Positions 26,947-41,260 of a stretch of DNA of 64,000 bases are shown here, piece after piece. The notes under the pieces are model-generated. The model did not search any database. It saw only the letters and a list, made by a program, of their open reading frames with translations, and was not told where the DNA came from. The translations under genes and the position numbers were made by a program. This DNA comes from the human T2T-CHM13v2.0 reference genome, Homo sapiens. The DNA lies in assembly GCF_009914755.1 (NCBI RefSeq), contig NC_060925.1; one strand, 5' to 3'. The first letter of the stretch is position 1, and every line of letters begins with the position of its first letter.

Positions 26947-29900
26947 CATTTTATTATTATTTATCTGCATATTCAAGGAAAAAAATATAAATTTTAGATT
27001 CCTCTGGCTCATAATAGGCTTTCTTGAAGAGAAAAATGACGTGCAAGAAATAACTGGAGCCATTAAAATATATTTTATTTTTCCTTATTTGTAGTTATTA
27101 ACAGAAAAAATGCTCTAATAGGTACCTAATGGAAGTTGTCAGATGTGATTATCAAGTTGAAATGAATATTTACTCAAACCTATAAAGGTCTTTGGCTTTT
27201 TCTGGCAATATTTTAATGAAGGTATGCCATCTAGTCATCTTTAACTTACATTTCTTCCATTAAGTACAAGGACTTCTTGAAACTGGCAGTTCTATACTAT
27301 CAAGCAATGCTTCATTTCATACCACCAAATGTTAAGGGAACTTGCTGAGCGGCTTAAATAACCCCTAGGTCAATAAACTGAGTCATTAGCACGTCCTTTA
27401 AATAATTGTTTGTCTGTTACTGGTTCAACATTTATATAATCTGTCATAATACCTTGGTTTTTTAAGGTACAAAAATTACTGCTATAGGTTTAAACTAGAG
27501 AATATCATGTAAGTAGCAATGTTTTTTCAGCGACAGTTTAACTATACTGTCTGGTACTGAGTGAGTTAAAGCCTGAACACCACAACTAATTACTATGTAA
27601 TGCTAACCTTAGTTGCTGGTTCATTTTGAGACTCTTTAAAATATGAACTGTGTATTTTACCCCTATGCACTCTCTTAATGATTTGTTTTTTTAGACTGAA
27701 ATCACTTCCAGCCATCAGTTATACTTTTGGTCTCTACATATGCACTTCTCCAAGCACAAATATTTCTTTTTCCTATTGGTCTGCCAGCCCTGTCAGAGCA
27801 AATTTCACTTTAAACTAAATGCTATGATACTTAAAACCTCTTGGATTACTCAGGCTGCTAGTGTGATCTGTAACCTTCCAAGAATGACAGCTAAACTTTC
27901 CAATTTGCTTATACTGTTTGGGGAACTAGAAAGCACATGCCAAAAGGAAAATGTTTCTGATGTTGAACAGAGAGGAAAGTTCTTGTTGGAGGTGGGGGCA
28001 AGAGACTATTAAGTACTGAAAAATACTAATAAGAAATGAAAATAAACTAAACATGCTGTAAAGTCTAAGACCTTAAACATAATTCAAAAGTTAATACTAG
28101 TACTAAAAACTCTGGCTAAACTGGTTAAAATATGAAAAATAACCTTTAGTTACTGTAGTTTAAGTGCCAACCAGAATCTTAAAGTGATAATGCACTATTG
28201 AAATGAACAAATTCAAAAAATGGAATATAAAATTATCACAAGTGCTACACAAAATGGGCTATATCAACTCCCCATCTTTCTTTATAAAACAGACAAGTCT
28301 GACATATGAACAAAAATCAAAGAGTTAATACAGCCATCTAACATGCATGCTACCCCCACGGACATAATACTAGTCTCTCTTATATGAATAAAAAACACTA
28401 CTGACATAACACCAGACTTTTTTTTTTTTTTAATTAATGTTAAGATTTTTTTTTGTTAAAACTCATGTCTCCAAAGTCCTTAAACAAATCATTCAGTTTG
28501 GGAACATTTTGGAATAGTTTAGAAACTTTTCACTTTAAGGAGGCAGACAAATGTTTGTCTTAAAAAAATCCTGAAAATCTTATCAAATGTAAGATGCTTA
28601 ATATAAAATCTCCTATTTATTTCATAATCTACTTATTCATTTGTGTCAATATTTTTTAGTCTAAAATAATAGTCAAATTACATTTGGATGATAAAAATCG
28701 AGCAATGACTGATAAAGATGTTTCTGGAAAGCTAAATCAAACTAACCTTTTTGCAAAATTGAGGGCAAACATATAGATAATAGAAATTATATTTAAACAC
28801 ATTAAAAGTGCATCTTTTTAAACAGCTAAGCATGATAACTTAAAAAATTTGATTCTAAACTTATAAATGCAAATATATACACACACATAAAGGCATTTCC
28901 TTGCTTTGTATGGATATTTCAAAAGATTTATAGTGGGCAGTATTATTTGATGTTTTGCAGCCATTAGTTCAGTAATTTCAGTAATAAATACAGGTCAGAA
29001 AAATATTTCACAGTTATTTAATGTCCTCTAGAACATTTAGGATCTCAGAATACTGTATAATATACCAGAAATGTATTAGAAGAACAGGAATTAAAGTAAA
29101 TCTCTACTATTATAAGCTTTCTTGGTCCTTAAGACTATATTTAACTGTTACATTATGGGTTTCTTTTTTAAAAAAGGTAAATTCATTTTCTGCTCAGGTA
29201 TAAGACTATAGATTATAAGATTACATGTCTTTTGATGATGAAGCATGGTATTTCTATATCATCTTCAAAGAATAGGGCTAAGCATCCTTTGGTCACACTT
29301 TGCATTGACATAAACAAATTCAGTGTAGACTGGAATGTAGAAATATATGACAATTGTTTATCTGACTTGTAAGAGTCATATTTTAAGTTAAAATTATTCT
29401 TAAATCAGCCTAAGGAAACACTATCTTTTTTCTTCTTTGTCACTCATGTACATCAGCATTTCCCCTCTTAATTTAAGGACTAGCAATTAAGTTTATGAAA
29501 TTCACCCAAACTAACTTAAGTACAAACTATGAACTTATCAATAACTCCTAAATTTTCTTAAAGTTAGTAGGGTGCAATTACTTCAAAACTAGAATATCTG
29601 AATGGGATTTGTGTCTCTACTGATGTAACTTTTTTCAGTCTATATCTGTAACTAACTTTGACATGACTTCTTTCTTTGTAAAATAAGAATAATGGCTATA
29701 TCTTTTAATATCTCTATGCCTTGAGATTATTGTATTTCCAAGAAAAGTACCCGCATATAGTATGTATTTGGTGGTGTTATTGTTATGACATATGAAAATG
29801 ATGAATACTTCCCTAGAAATGCTTAGGAAATTCTGGCTTCTGCCTAATGATCTAGACAGTTAAGGGATACTCTATCATACTTGGCATGCTTCATACACAT

Positions 29901-32900
29901 GCTTTCTGTTTTGCCTTTATAGGGCTCCTACATAATTCATAGAGATTTATGCCTCCACATAAACATACTAATTGTTGTTGCACTAAAATAATGCCGTGGC
30001 CAATCGTTCTTTCCTTTTACCGTAGTGAGACTGAACTGTTTGTACAAATAAGGTTATTCAATCAAAACCCTTTAGATTTTATGTCATGATTGATGAAAAT
30101 AACAACACCTTTAGGGATGAAACTTACTGACAGATTCTAGTTACATGCTTTTTCATCTTATTTGATACTCAGTGAGTTTATTTTCAAAGTAGTAAATCAA
30201 GGGTAAGGTTTTTAGTTATCTCATGCAAATCATCACTTCCCACATTGTACGCATTCCTATACTCAGGTTTACCGCCAGTGTTGGCTTCTCTTAGAAAAGT
30301 GCACACAGGTCATGAAAACGTTTAGGGTGGAGTATTTTCATTCTGCGATGTGTGTTGTCTTTGGGTTTGTGCCAACCTGACAATCTGGCACTTATAAGCA
30401 AAGCTGGGCAACTATGAGAATTCTTTAAGGAGATGGAATGCACCATACATTTTTGAGATTATCTGGGTTTTAGACAGTATTCTGAATGAACATATAGGTA
30501 TATCTATATTTGTTATTTCAAGTATGCAGGAACAGGGACAAATTGATTCAATTTAAAATAACTATGGTATCTACTTGCTGATGGCAAACAGTATCTCCCT
30601 TCCCCAGAGTTTGTTGGGGGATAAGGTAACATGCAACTGCATAAAATTGTAATAGTTTCTTTTTCCCCATAGTGTATAAAAAGAATGAGGTAAATTATAA
30701 TAGCCTAATATATATGAAGGCTTTGAAAACATTTTTAAAAATACTTTAAAAAATATTTGAATGCTTTTTAAAAATACTTTTTTGAGATTTTTTACAACTC
30801 TTAAAATGCTTTTTAAAAATACTTATTAATGCATTTTACAATGTTTTATAAAAATATTTTTTGACTTTTAAGAGCTCTTGCATATTTATCACCTCAAAAA
30901 ATATCTCAGCATGAAGTTTGGGCACCTATATCAATATAGCTTTATAGGTTTTTTTGTATAAATTTGAAAAGATGTAAATTTTAAGCTACAGTTGCATTTT
31001 AAAAATTTACTTGCCTAACTATGTTCATAGAAGCCTCCTCCCATCCTTTCATATTTGAGGGGCTCTAAATTAGCCACTTGATACTGTCTACACAAATCTG
31101 GATTCCTTTCTAAGATCGCTTTGCCTTTTAGTTTCTGACAGCCCAGTAGGAAGGTGCTGTTTTTGGCTGGAAAACCCTGAAAAAGCAGGGTGTATCAACT
31201 TTAGATATAGTTTCTTCTAAAGCTAAACAAAGAAAACAGGCTTAATATATATAAGATACATTGTATTTCATAAAATATAATGTTGACTTATGTTCATAAA
31301 AAGAGAACATATTCAGGAAATTATGTTCCTGTTTAAGTGTATTCAAAAGACTATTTAAAATCTTTAGCTTATTCAAAGGGTGCAAGACAGCATTTGTTAA
31401 TTCTGCCTTTCTACTCTAAAATGAGACCATAGAAATATGTAGCTTTTACTTAAGAATCAAGATAAATACACACAGATTTTACATATACCCATAATTAACT
31501 TTAATATTAGAAAAATGATTAGAAAATTACTAATAATTACGTTTAAATACAAAACAAAGCAGTATTTGAAAATAAATTATATGACAGAGTCCCATACTTG
31601 TCTCTTTGGAGCAGGTCTGAGTTCTATCTAATTCATGAAGGAACTGAGCAGTTAGATTACCAACTAATTTGGGCTAATATTGGAAGATTGTGTGTTAGCC
31701 TAAAATTCCTACAGGTAAATTCTATAAGATTATAGCTCATAATTAATCCTTTAACTCCAGACATCGCCTCCATTTTCAAATGACCACTTTTTAAAAATTA
31801 GAAAACCTGATGCATTTTAACAAATCCTTTATAATTTAAAACTCTTCCAATGAAAAGTGTTAAAAATTCATCAATAGCTATGATGTCAGTGTTAAAAGAA
31901 GTTCAAAGCCTAAAATGTTTTGTCTCTTGTTCCCTTGGGAACATTTTACATTTCTATGTAAAATGAAAAGTCAGTTTTAACTCAGTAAAACTTTCACCCA
32001 TGAGATGGGAGTCATAGAAAATCAACATTTATATCAAGCTCCTTGATAAAATGGTTCTCCCCAAACCTGTAATTATTCAAATTACATTTTTTAGGACTCT
32101 GATGTGTTTCTAAAGAGGCAATATCTCTATTACAAAGACACAAAAAGCTGCTGTTTCGACTAATCCTTCCAAACTACTTATTGTTTTAAAGAAGTAATTA
32201 AACACTAGTGAATTGTCAGACCATCAAAGTACGATGTTTTATGAAATAGCATATATAATTTAAAAAGTTGTATTTCAAAAATAATGTGGTTCTTTGTCAA
32301 ATATTGTACTGCTTAGCTTAGAGTGCTATAAAATCTGAACCTACTTACTTTTTTTCTAAGAAAATTCACATTCTCTAAATTTTGTGTGTGTGTATAAGAA
32401 GATACTAAAGGTCTGTGTTTTTGTACTAGAAGTAAGTCAATGAATGACACACTCCACATAGCATGCTCTTTACAAAAAATGAGGGGGAGTATTATTTAAG
32501 ATAATGTGGCATTCTTTTCTAAATATCATTAATTCTGTTTCCTCTTAAAATTAAGGAGAATTCAGAAATGTTTAACATGTTTATTCTGCTGGAAATATTT
32601 CCAATAGACAAATATTATTTATTCTATTTACACTAGAATAAACATCTTAAACATCTGAGTTCTCCTTAATTTTTAGAGGAATATATATTATATATATATA
32701 TATATTACTCAACATATTGGAGTAACATAAAAGTGGGCAGAAACAGGTAAAAGACCATTGATGTCCAGATACTGACAATGTAGTATTACTTTTATAAGCC
32801 TGATAATACTATTACCCTTAAATATTTTCAAAACAGAAAGCTGAAAGAATAATAAAGAGAATGCTTTAACTCATCTCAAAAAATTATATTTTTAACCCTG

Positions 32901-33341
32901 AACTATATAAGCCTCTTAAAGAGAATGAGATTATTTCTTACCGACCTCCATATCCCTAGACCTCATCCAAGTGCTTGTCAACTAAAAAGGTTATGAATAA
33001 AGGAAATTTTAAGTGTTAAAAGCAAACATTAAATGATTCTATATTTTATCCTATATTTTGTGCTTTATAAAGTTAATTTCACCTGTCATCACAGAAACTT
33101 TAAGTAAAATTATAAGTATCTTTTGGAAAGAGCAGCAATAACAACATAAAAATCCCAACAGTATATATGCTATTTTTATCATTTATTGACTACTAACAGA
33201 CCATTAGTTATAACCTGGTAATAGGAAAGAAACATGAACAAGGAAACTCTATTCATTTTAAGTATGGAGTAGTATTTGTTGCTACAGAACTTAAGCTATT
33301 GGACTATGAAAACTAATACAGATTTTTAAAATATTCTGATT

Positions 33342-33502
33342 ATCCTCTAAAGATACTCTAAAAATACAACCAACTAAAGATATAACTTTAAGATACAAGT
33401 CTAAAGATACAACTTTAAGATCCTCCAAAGATACAACCAACTTTAAGATCCTCTAAAGTCATAACCATCTTCTAAAGTTACACCATCCTCTAAAGATACA
33501 GC
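33342..33502. repeat. Degenerate minisatellite built on (c)taaagatacaac / atcctctaaag
   Basis: About ten variant units by eye. Confidence 0.75.
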
Positions 33503-34319
33503 CGTAAAAATTCTTAATACAAATACTCCCTGATGTTTAAACATGGAGCCATTCCTCCAGGTGCAACACAAAATTTACAGCAAATCAGCAATGAAATTGA
33601 CTATAACTGAAATTATGTGACTTCCAAGCATGTTTTCTACTGATCTTTCTCCATGAAAAATATAACTCCAAGAAAATAATTATTTTGCAATTCTAGTCAG
33701 TTGGTTATTGCTATTATTAATGAGAAATTGAATACTAATCATATTATTTCTTCCTCTGTTATGGTGAACCTATAATGTTTCTTTAGGCTAGATTAAAGTA
33801 GATGGACTAGAAATATGATTTTACACACTTGTAATATTGGGACATTATAAGAGTTGCTTTTGAAAATAAAATAAAATTTTTCTATGATAGAGACTGTGCT
33901 TAGATGGGTGTTTCTCAGTATATTTAATTAGACTTGTAGTAGTATAATACAAGTACACTACGAATCCCTTAACTGGATCTTAATTATGAAGGCAAGCATC
34001 TTCATCTATGTAAAATATAGCTACTTAAGGTCTGTTTTTATCTTACCTAGGTTATTAAAAAATTTTCCCATATAGCATAGGCTCCTATCAACAATTTTAT
34101 AATACAAAGCATATGATACTATAAGCAGGATATATAATACACATCTATTTGATTATATATTTAATAGATGGTATGCATTGTACATTTGAAAGGATACTGA
34201 AATAGTAAAAATTAAAATTAAGAAATTATAAAAAAGTTCACATTGAAAATGAAACAGCATGGGAAATGGAGTAAGACATCTATGTCTGAATACTGGCTCT
34301 GACCTTTAAAACTTCTATT

Positions 34320-35920
34320 AAACAAACGTCTATTGAGAACCTAGTGGTGCCAGTAGATAGAACTTTGAAAAAGACAGTCAAAGTTCTTGCCCATCTAGAG
34401 ACTGTATTCTTGTGGTAGGAGGGAGAATAAACAAGTGAACAAAAATTAAATTACTAGGTTAGATGAGGGAGAAGCAGCTTCTTTGATAATTCTCTTAGGA
34501 AAAGATTCTCTGAAGAAGGAATATTTGAACTGAGACTTGAAAGGTAAGAAGAAGCCAGTTATTTAAAAAGTCAAAAGACTATTCAAGTTAAGCACAAAGG
34601 TGACAAAGTGAGAAAGAACTTGGTGAATGTCTGGGGAAGAGAAGGGAGTCCAGAGTGGGTAGAATTAACAAGCAATTATAACTGGAATATTTGATGAGGC
34701 TGGAGATGTAGATAAGTGTCAAATAATGAAGGACTTTATAGAACATGGTAAGAAATTTGTATTTTATTACAGGAGTATGGGAAGCCAGTGAAGGCACGTG
34801 AGAGACGTGATATGACATACTTGAAAAAGATCATGATGGCTACTGTGGAAAAAATGAAGCAGAAGGGAAGTGCAGAAACAGGAAAATTAATTAGGCTATT
34901 GAGTAGTTCAGGTGGCAGATGATGGTGGCATGGAATAGGGTACTAACAGTGAAAATGGAAATAAATAGCCAAATTTCAGATCTATTCCAGAAATGAAATG
35001 AAAACAACAGGGCATGCAGATGGTTTGCAGTGGAGAGAGAGGCTAATGGTGAAGAAAAGGGAGATAATAAGGAAGATTCCAAAGTTTAAAGCTTGAACTA
35101 CTAGGTGGGATGGTGGTGACACATACTGAGACGAGAAGATTAAGGGAGGAACCTGTTTATATGTGAGAAATCAAAAGTTAAGTTTGATAATTTTATTAAA
35201 CATTCAATTTGATAGCATAAGGAATAAGGATGGTGCTGAGAGGACAAGTCTAAGCTAAAAATATAGGTTTACAAATGGTACTTAAAGCCATGGATCTGGA
35301 TGTAATCCTAGGTGTGGTGGGTGCAGTTAGAAAAGAGGGTCCCCCAAAACAGGGTATGGATAGAGAACAGGGATATAGCCCTGAAGTAACCAGCATTTAA
35401 ATGTGGAAAAGAGAAGGAATGGCCAGCAAAGAACATTGGGAAGAAATGACAAAGGGCTTAGGAGGAAAATCAGAAAAATGGGGTATCTTGAGAGCTGAAA
35501 GAAGGGAGTTTCAAAAAGCAGGGCCTGGTCAACTGTGTCAAAACCAGCTGAGAGGTAAAGATGAGAATGGTCCATTAGATTTGGCAATATGAAGACTATT
35601 GGTGATTTTGACAAGAGTGGGGAAGTTGAAGAGCACATGCAAGTCTTTTGAGAAGTTTTGGATAAAGGGAATTGAGAAACAGGAAGCAGTTGGAATATGA
35701 TGTGGGGCCAAAGAGTTTAACTTTGCAGATTCTGATTTATGTTTATATGTTGACAGGAATGATCCAGTAAAGGGGAAAAGAGTGACAACATAAAAGAAGT
35801 CCTTGAAAAGACAAGAATGGGGTCTAGAGTAAAAATGGGTTGATTGGATTTTGAAAAAACTTCTTTCATTGTAATAGAAGAAAGGTGGGCAAAGGTAAGA
35901 ATAGTTTATTGATTGAGTGG
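34320..35920 (-). mobile_element. L2 LINE, long 3' fragment including RT remnants
   Basis: Minus ORF 35327-35638 contains LYLSAGFDTVDQ (L2 RT motif LDLSAAFDTVDH); L2 tail near 34330. Confidence 0.8.
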
Positions 35921-35924
35921 TGGC

Positions 35925-36095
35925 AAGATAACCTGGGGTAAGTTGCTTAAACCTACATGCTTCAGTTTTCTTAATAATAGTGTCTCCCTTCTTCAGCTGT
36001 TGTGAAGAGTAAATTAGATAAGGGATGTAATAAATAGCAATTCATAAACTGCCTGGAACTCACTAAATATATTTCAATAATTGCCATCATCATTA
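35925..36095 (+). mobile_element. MIR
   Basis: acctggggtaagttgcttaaacct...cttcagttttc...gttgtgaagagtaaat. Confidence 0.65.
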
Positions 36096-36142
36096 TTGGT
36101 CCATCTATCTCATATTGTACATAGATCTGAAACCATTTAGAG

Positions 36143-36474
36143 CAGCAGCCCCGAACCTTTTTGGCACCAGGTACTGGTTGTGTGGAAGAATTTTTCCATA
36201 CATGGGGGAGGAGAGACGATTTTGGGATGAAACTGTTCCACCTCAGATCATCAAGCATTAGTTAGATCCTCATAAGGAGCACACAACATAGATCCCTAGC
36301 ATGCAGAGTTCACAATAGGGTTTGTGCTCCTATAAGAATCTAATGCCGCTGCTCATGCAACAGGAGGTGGAGCTTAGGCAGTAAGGTTTGCTGGCCTGCT
36401 ACTCACCTCCTGCTGTGTGGCCAAGTTCCCAACAGGCCATGGACAGGTACTGGCCTGGGAGTTGGGGACCCCTG
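36143..36474. mobile_element. MER1B hAT MITE
   Basis: TIRs cagcagccccgaac / gttggggacccctg; perfect 8-bp TSD atttagag at 36135-36142 and 36475-36482. Confidence 0.9.
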
Positions 36475-36638
36475 ATTTAGAGAATACCATTTAAAATAAT
36501 ACAATTAGAATAAAGATTGTGTATGTCACTGAAGTCAGCATTGTTTCTACTCCTTTCCAGCAGTTTCATTTAAAACTCTACTGGACTGTTCATGTCCCCA
36601 AAACAAATTCTTTTGAGCAGTTGCACTTGTTTAAGAAT

Positions 36639-36640
<2 letters not shown>

Positions 36641-36668
<28 letters not shown>
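36641..36668. repeat. (TG)14 microsatellite
   Basis: Direct reading. Confidence 0.95.
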
Positions 36669-36671
<3 letters not shown>

Positions 36672-39600
36672 AAAGACAACAAAAACTGAAGAAAACAATG
36701 TTTACTTCATGAAGAAACTTTCTGTGGACTTGCAAGGTTAGAATTTTGGGCAGATTTAAAGTTGCAAAGAAACGAAGAAGCAAACTATAGAAAAGGCCCT
36801 CAGATAAAGTCTAAAATTCTGTTTTCATCTTCATCTTTTTTTCACATGCAAACTATTATGTTACAATTTAAGTAGACATAGGTCTATTTGAAAACAATTC
36901 TAAGAGTATAAGCTACATTTTGAAAGTTCAACATTCTAACATTATACCTAATACCTTCTGAAAAGGCCCTGTGAGTGCTGCACCTCTTTCCTTTAAAATG
37001 TTCAAACCACTCCTCTTACCCTCCTCTTGTATTGGGGTAACTAACAACAGGCATTTCCCCAAAAGTGGATCCTCTTTTTATCAGGAGATCCGACTTTACT
37101 GTCCCCAATTCAGAAACAGTCTTCTGAGTTCTCAATACACTTTTGGTTATTGCTTTTATGGTAGTTGTCTAAATCAATAAATATTACATATTTTTTCTTT
37201 ATCTCAACATTTTGATTTTTATGAGGATGAGAATAATTTTTTCTGTGAAATTAGATGGCTAAAACAGTAACTGTGACTTCAATCTTCTGGGAAAATATAA
37301 GCTGATTTCCTTTTTTGATTTATTTTATAAAATTTCATATTTCCATATATAAATTTGACCTAATATAAATATACAATAAAATATATTTATCAATGACTAT
37401 CACCCAAGATGGCCCCCTGAGGGTGAATTTCTTGACAAAGAAGTTGCTAACTTCCAGTTGCCAACCACAAAAACAAAGCAGTAGAAAAGATAAGAGGTGT
37501 AAGTAAAAAATATATTTAACCTGTATTAACTGAATCAGGTAATTAATGCCTCAATTGAGAGGTTTCATTGTAACAAAAAAGAAAATAAATATGATTCTTT
37601 ATGTACTTTACTATGAGGATGCACATATTAATGTATAAAATTCAGCTTGCTTAAATGTGATTTTGAAATTCTATTGATTTATTCAACATATTCATAGTAT
37701 TTCCTTTATGTTTGTAAGGACCCATTTGATAAGATGGTATAGTGTATGTTAACAAGGGATATTTTTACTCTAAGAAGAGCTCTTATAAAGTGAAACTTCA
37801 ATTTTTTGAAATCCTTGAAATTCCCTTAAATTTCCTTAAGTACTGTGGTGTCTTCTCTATAATGAAAACTGAAAAATAATGTTATGACTCATTAAATAAA
37901 CTCAGTAAGTACAAACTTATGTTGAAACTAAACATACAAAATAACTAAAGAAATAACAAACCATTTTATTTTATTTGAGGAGAAAAAAGAAAAAAAGGCT
38001 TGGTCTTTAAAAAGGATTAAAATAAACTCAATTTATGGAGTCTTGGAATCTTCACGGCAGTGCAGACGGACTTCCACTTGCCCTCCCCTGGCCCACCTCC
38101 TGCACACCTTCTCCTCTTAGTTTATTCACATTTTAAATCTTTCTTCCAAGTTTGGCCTGCAACCACTTGACTGGATAAAGTAGGTCACTTGAAAAGGAAG
38201 AAAGCCCAATAAAATGAATTGCAAAGAAAACAAGATTAAACTGATTGTGCTGTTTTCATACATTGTAGCTGAAATTCTGCAAATATGCAGTTGGCTGTGG
38301 TTTGGCATTCAACAGAATGTGATCAGTAAGGAGGAAATTTTATTCTCATTAACTGCTGCAGATTTACTGCAGTGAAAAAGGGCTATGTAACCCAAGATGT
38401 GACAGTACAGAAAGATCAAAGCCATGGACTGGAAACTAAATAAACCCTCTGGCTACTTCCTGCAAGGAAAATTCACTTTGGCAATGTAGAACAGAGCCCA
38501 GTTAAAAACTACTCTCAGTTTTATGAGCTGTCATAGCAGTTCAAGTGGTTTGGACTGGCTGAGTTTATAACATTATATTTCCTTGTTTTTGTCTTAGATA
38601 CTTCTGTAAGCAGTTTTAAAGACGCCCCCCCCCCACCCCTTTAAAAAACACAACAACAAAAAACTAATTTCTTTTGATTGAAACCAAGAAGGTAACCACT
38701 AAACTTATTAACGCAGGTAGGTCTTCATTTGCAGATTCCTTTCTCATTTAATACAGCTTAATATTTTATTCTTAGATTTATTTGGTAATATAAATTTACT
38801 TAATAATTCATCTACAATCTGTATAATTCCTATTCAGAATAAGTGCAAATCAGTTTACAGAGCCCATATGGCTCATATCTGAGGAGTAAGCTATTTGTAA
38901 TAGCACATCTGTAAAGACTATGGGCAATATGGAGATTATGGGAATTAATATTACATTTAAAATTACATTTGAAAACCTGTAGGCCCTAGGTTTTAGCTGT
39001 TTCTTAAAAAACAAATATCTTAGAAAAAATATCTAATATTTCTAATATAAGAAATCTAACAACTGTTCATAAATAGTTAAATTACATTGTTAAATCAATC
39101 AAGACAACAATAGGCTAGATTAAATCTACCTTAAATTAGAAAATATCCCTGAGTTAAGGAGTAAGCTCAATATCATTACACTCATATTTAAAGGAAATAA
39201 AAGATGACATGCTCTATTTCTCTCCCTTATTTTTTTAAGGGGGAATAGTGATGCTTATTAACCAATTATATACAATTTTGTTATTCTCATTATAATATGA
39301 AGGAGCAAGCCTTTATGACGGTAATTTGCATTATATTACCTTAAAAATCATTTTTGTTTTTTACAATAAGAGCATTTCTAGGTCAAATATGTCATAAGAA
39401 CCGTCATCCTTGCTTAAAGACTTTCTTTCTTTCCATTTAAATTTACAACTAATTTCTATCTGTAAAGCCAACAAAAATGCAATACATGTGAAAAGTATAT
39501 GACGTTTAACACTAGATAATCACTCTTAAATGGTGATGATATAATTAACTTGCCAGACACAACTGGATTGGCTTCTGTGTCATTTTTTCTAGTACAAAGC

Positions 39601-39712
39601 TGTACCATAATTGACATGTTAACATTTTTAAAGGTTCCAGTCATATTCGGGTTACGTTTTAAATTTATAGACTCAATTATGCTGAATTTCTTCTACTAAG
39701 TCAAAGTCCTAA

Positions 39713-41260
39713 TGTCACAGGATCCTTGGGGTGTTGCTTTGCCACCCAGAAACCATTGTGGCTGGCGGCACCTTCTCCCTGAGTATTGTTTGCGCCCGCT
39801 GGGCTCGTTCTGCCCACTAGGCCCGATAGGCTGTGCTCAGCTTGAGCTACCAACCTGGATCCCACACCTGCCAAGGGTTAGCCAGGTGTGGAGCGGCGAG
39901 GGTTGTGTGGGTGACCAAGCGCAGGGTCTGGTCACCACGCACAGCAGGCATGCTGGCTGACTGGCTACTATGGCAGGGTGGTTAGCTCCAGGCACTGGTA
40001 CAGGTGCTGGCTCTGTGTGAGGCTGCAGATGGACCAGATGTACCGCACGCAGCTTCTGCTCTGAGCAACTGCGTCTGGATGAGGGAAACACAGAGGCGCC
40101 CAGAAACCTGGAGAAACTGGGAACCGCAGAGCCCCACAGAGGGTGTCACATCCCTGGCTCAGGAGCAACTAGGTCTGGGCTCTTGGAAGAGCCACAGCTC
40201 TTCCCTCCTTCTCGTTTCCCACAACATGGTGAGTGGGGGCGACGTGTTTCAGCCCCGTTTGTGTTACAGCTCTTTGAGTCCTGCCATTCAGGTCCCAGGT
40301 TCTTGTTTCCCATCCAGGAAGAATGAGGTTAAGTGGACAACTGGAGGGTAAGCAAAGGGGAAGAGGAGCTCCATTGAGTGACAGAACAGCTCTCAGGAGA
40401 CCCAAAGTAGTAGCTCCTTTCTGCAGGCGGCCTGACGAGTGTCCAGCTCTCAGCAGAGAGGAGATCTGCAGTGGGTAGCTCCTTACAGCAAGCAGGTAAT
40501 CCCCACGTCTGTATGAGTCTGGCTGAGCCTGGGGTTTTTCTAGGCTCAGAAGGGAGGAAGTGCATGCTGATTGGTCCATGGCTGGCCATGGACAGGGCCA
40601 GAAAAAGTACAAGTTCTCACTTTGGGTGGGAGACTCCACCTGGAACCGGCAGCCTGGTCCCCAGGCTCAGGCCATCCCTGGTTAGAAGGTGGGGTTTCAC
40701 TGGGGATTCACTCCTTTTTGCCCAGGAGCCTGCCTGTTGCCATCAACATGCCATCCAGGGTGCCCAGGCAGCCCATACTAAGCCACCTTCAGCACCCCCT
40801 GGCCTCCCTCCCTGAGCTTGTAGGTGCCCAAAGCTTCAGAGGGGGCTGAGGCAGTGGGGGGCGGGGGGGGCTGGTGTGTCAGTACCGCCCCAAGTGCAGG
40901 CACACCCAGCCAGGTCGTGACAGTGCCTGGGCTTGGCTTCAACTTTGCTGCAAAATTGGAGCAGGCACCGGCAACAGGGAGAGGCCAGGGAGTGGAAGCA
41001 GGCACTTCCGAACCTGCAGGGGCAGGGGGCCTTCCCCAGGCCCCCAAGAGCACAGGGATGACCTGGTCTCAAGCTGTGGCTGGGCGGCTGCAGCTGTGCC
41101 CAGGAGTGTGGGGCTCCTGGCCTGCCAACTTGGCAGGGGGCAGGGCTCATGCCTCTTCCCAGCCTGACAGCTCTGTGTAGCTCACAGTGTCAGCTGCGCC
41201 TCCCCAACTGCAGCTGGCATCCCTGCAGCAGCTGCTCCAGATGGGCCACTGCTGCCATCA
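39713..41260 (-). mobile_element. MER52-type ERV1 solo LTR (~1.55 kb, GC-rich)
   Basis: Minus strand begins TGATGGCAGCAGTGGCCCATCTGGAGC and ends CACCCCAAGGATCCTGTGACA; 4-bp TSD ctaa at 39709-39712 and 41261-41264. Confidence 0.88.

Noticed and set aside
34041-34066. Recursive splice site-like TAG|GTAAGA near the middle of the last intron
   Set aside because: Upstream polypyrimidine tract is poor (ttttttaataacctag); such motifs occur by chance in 32 kb
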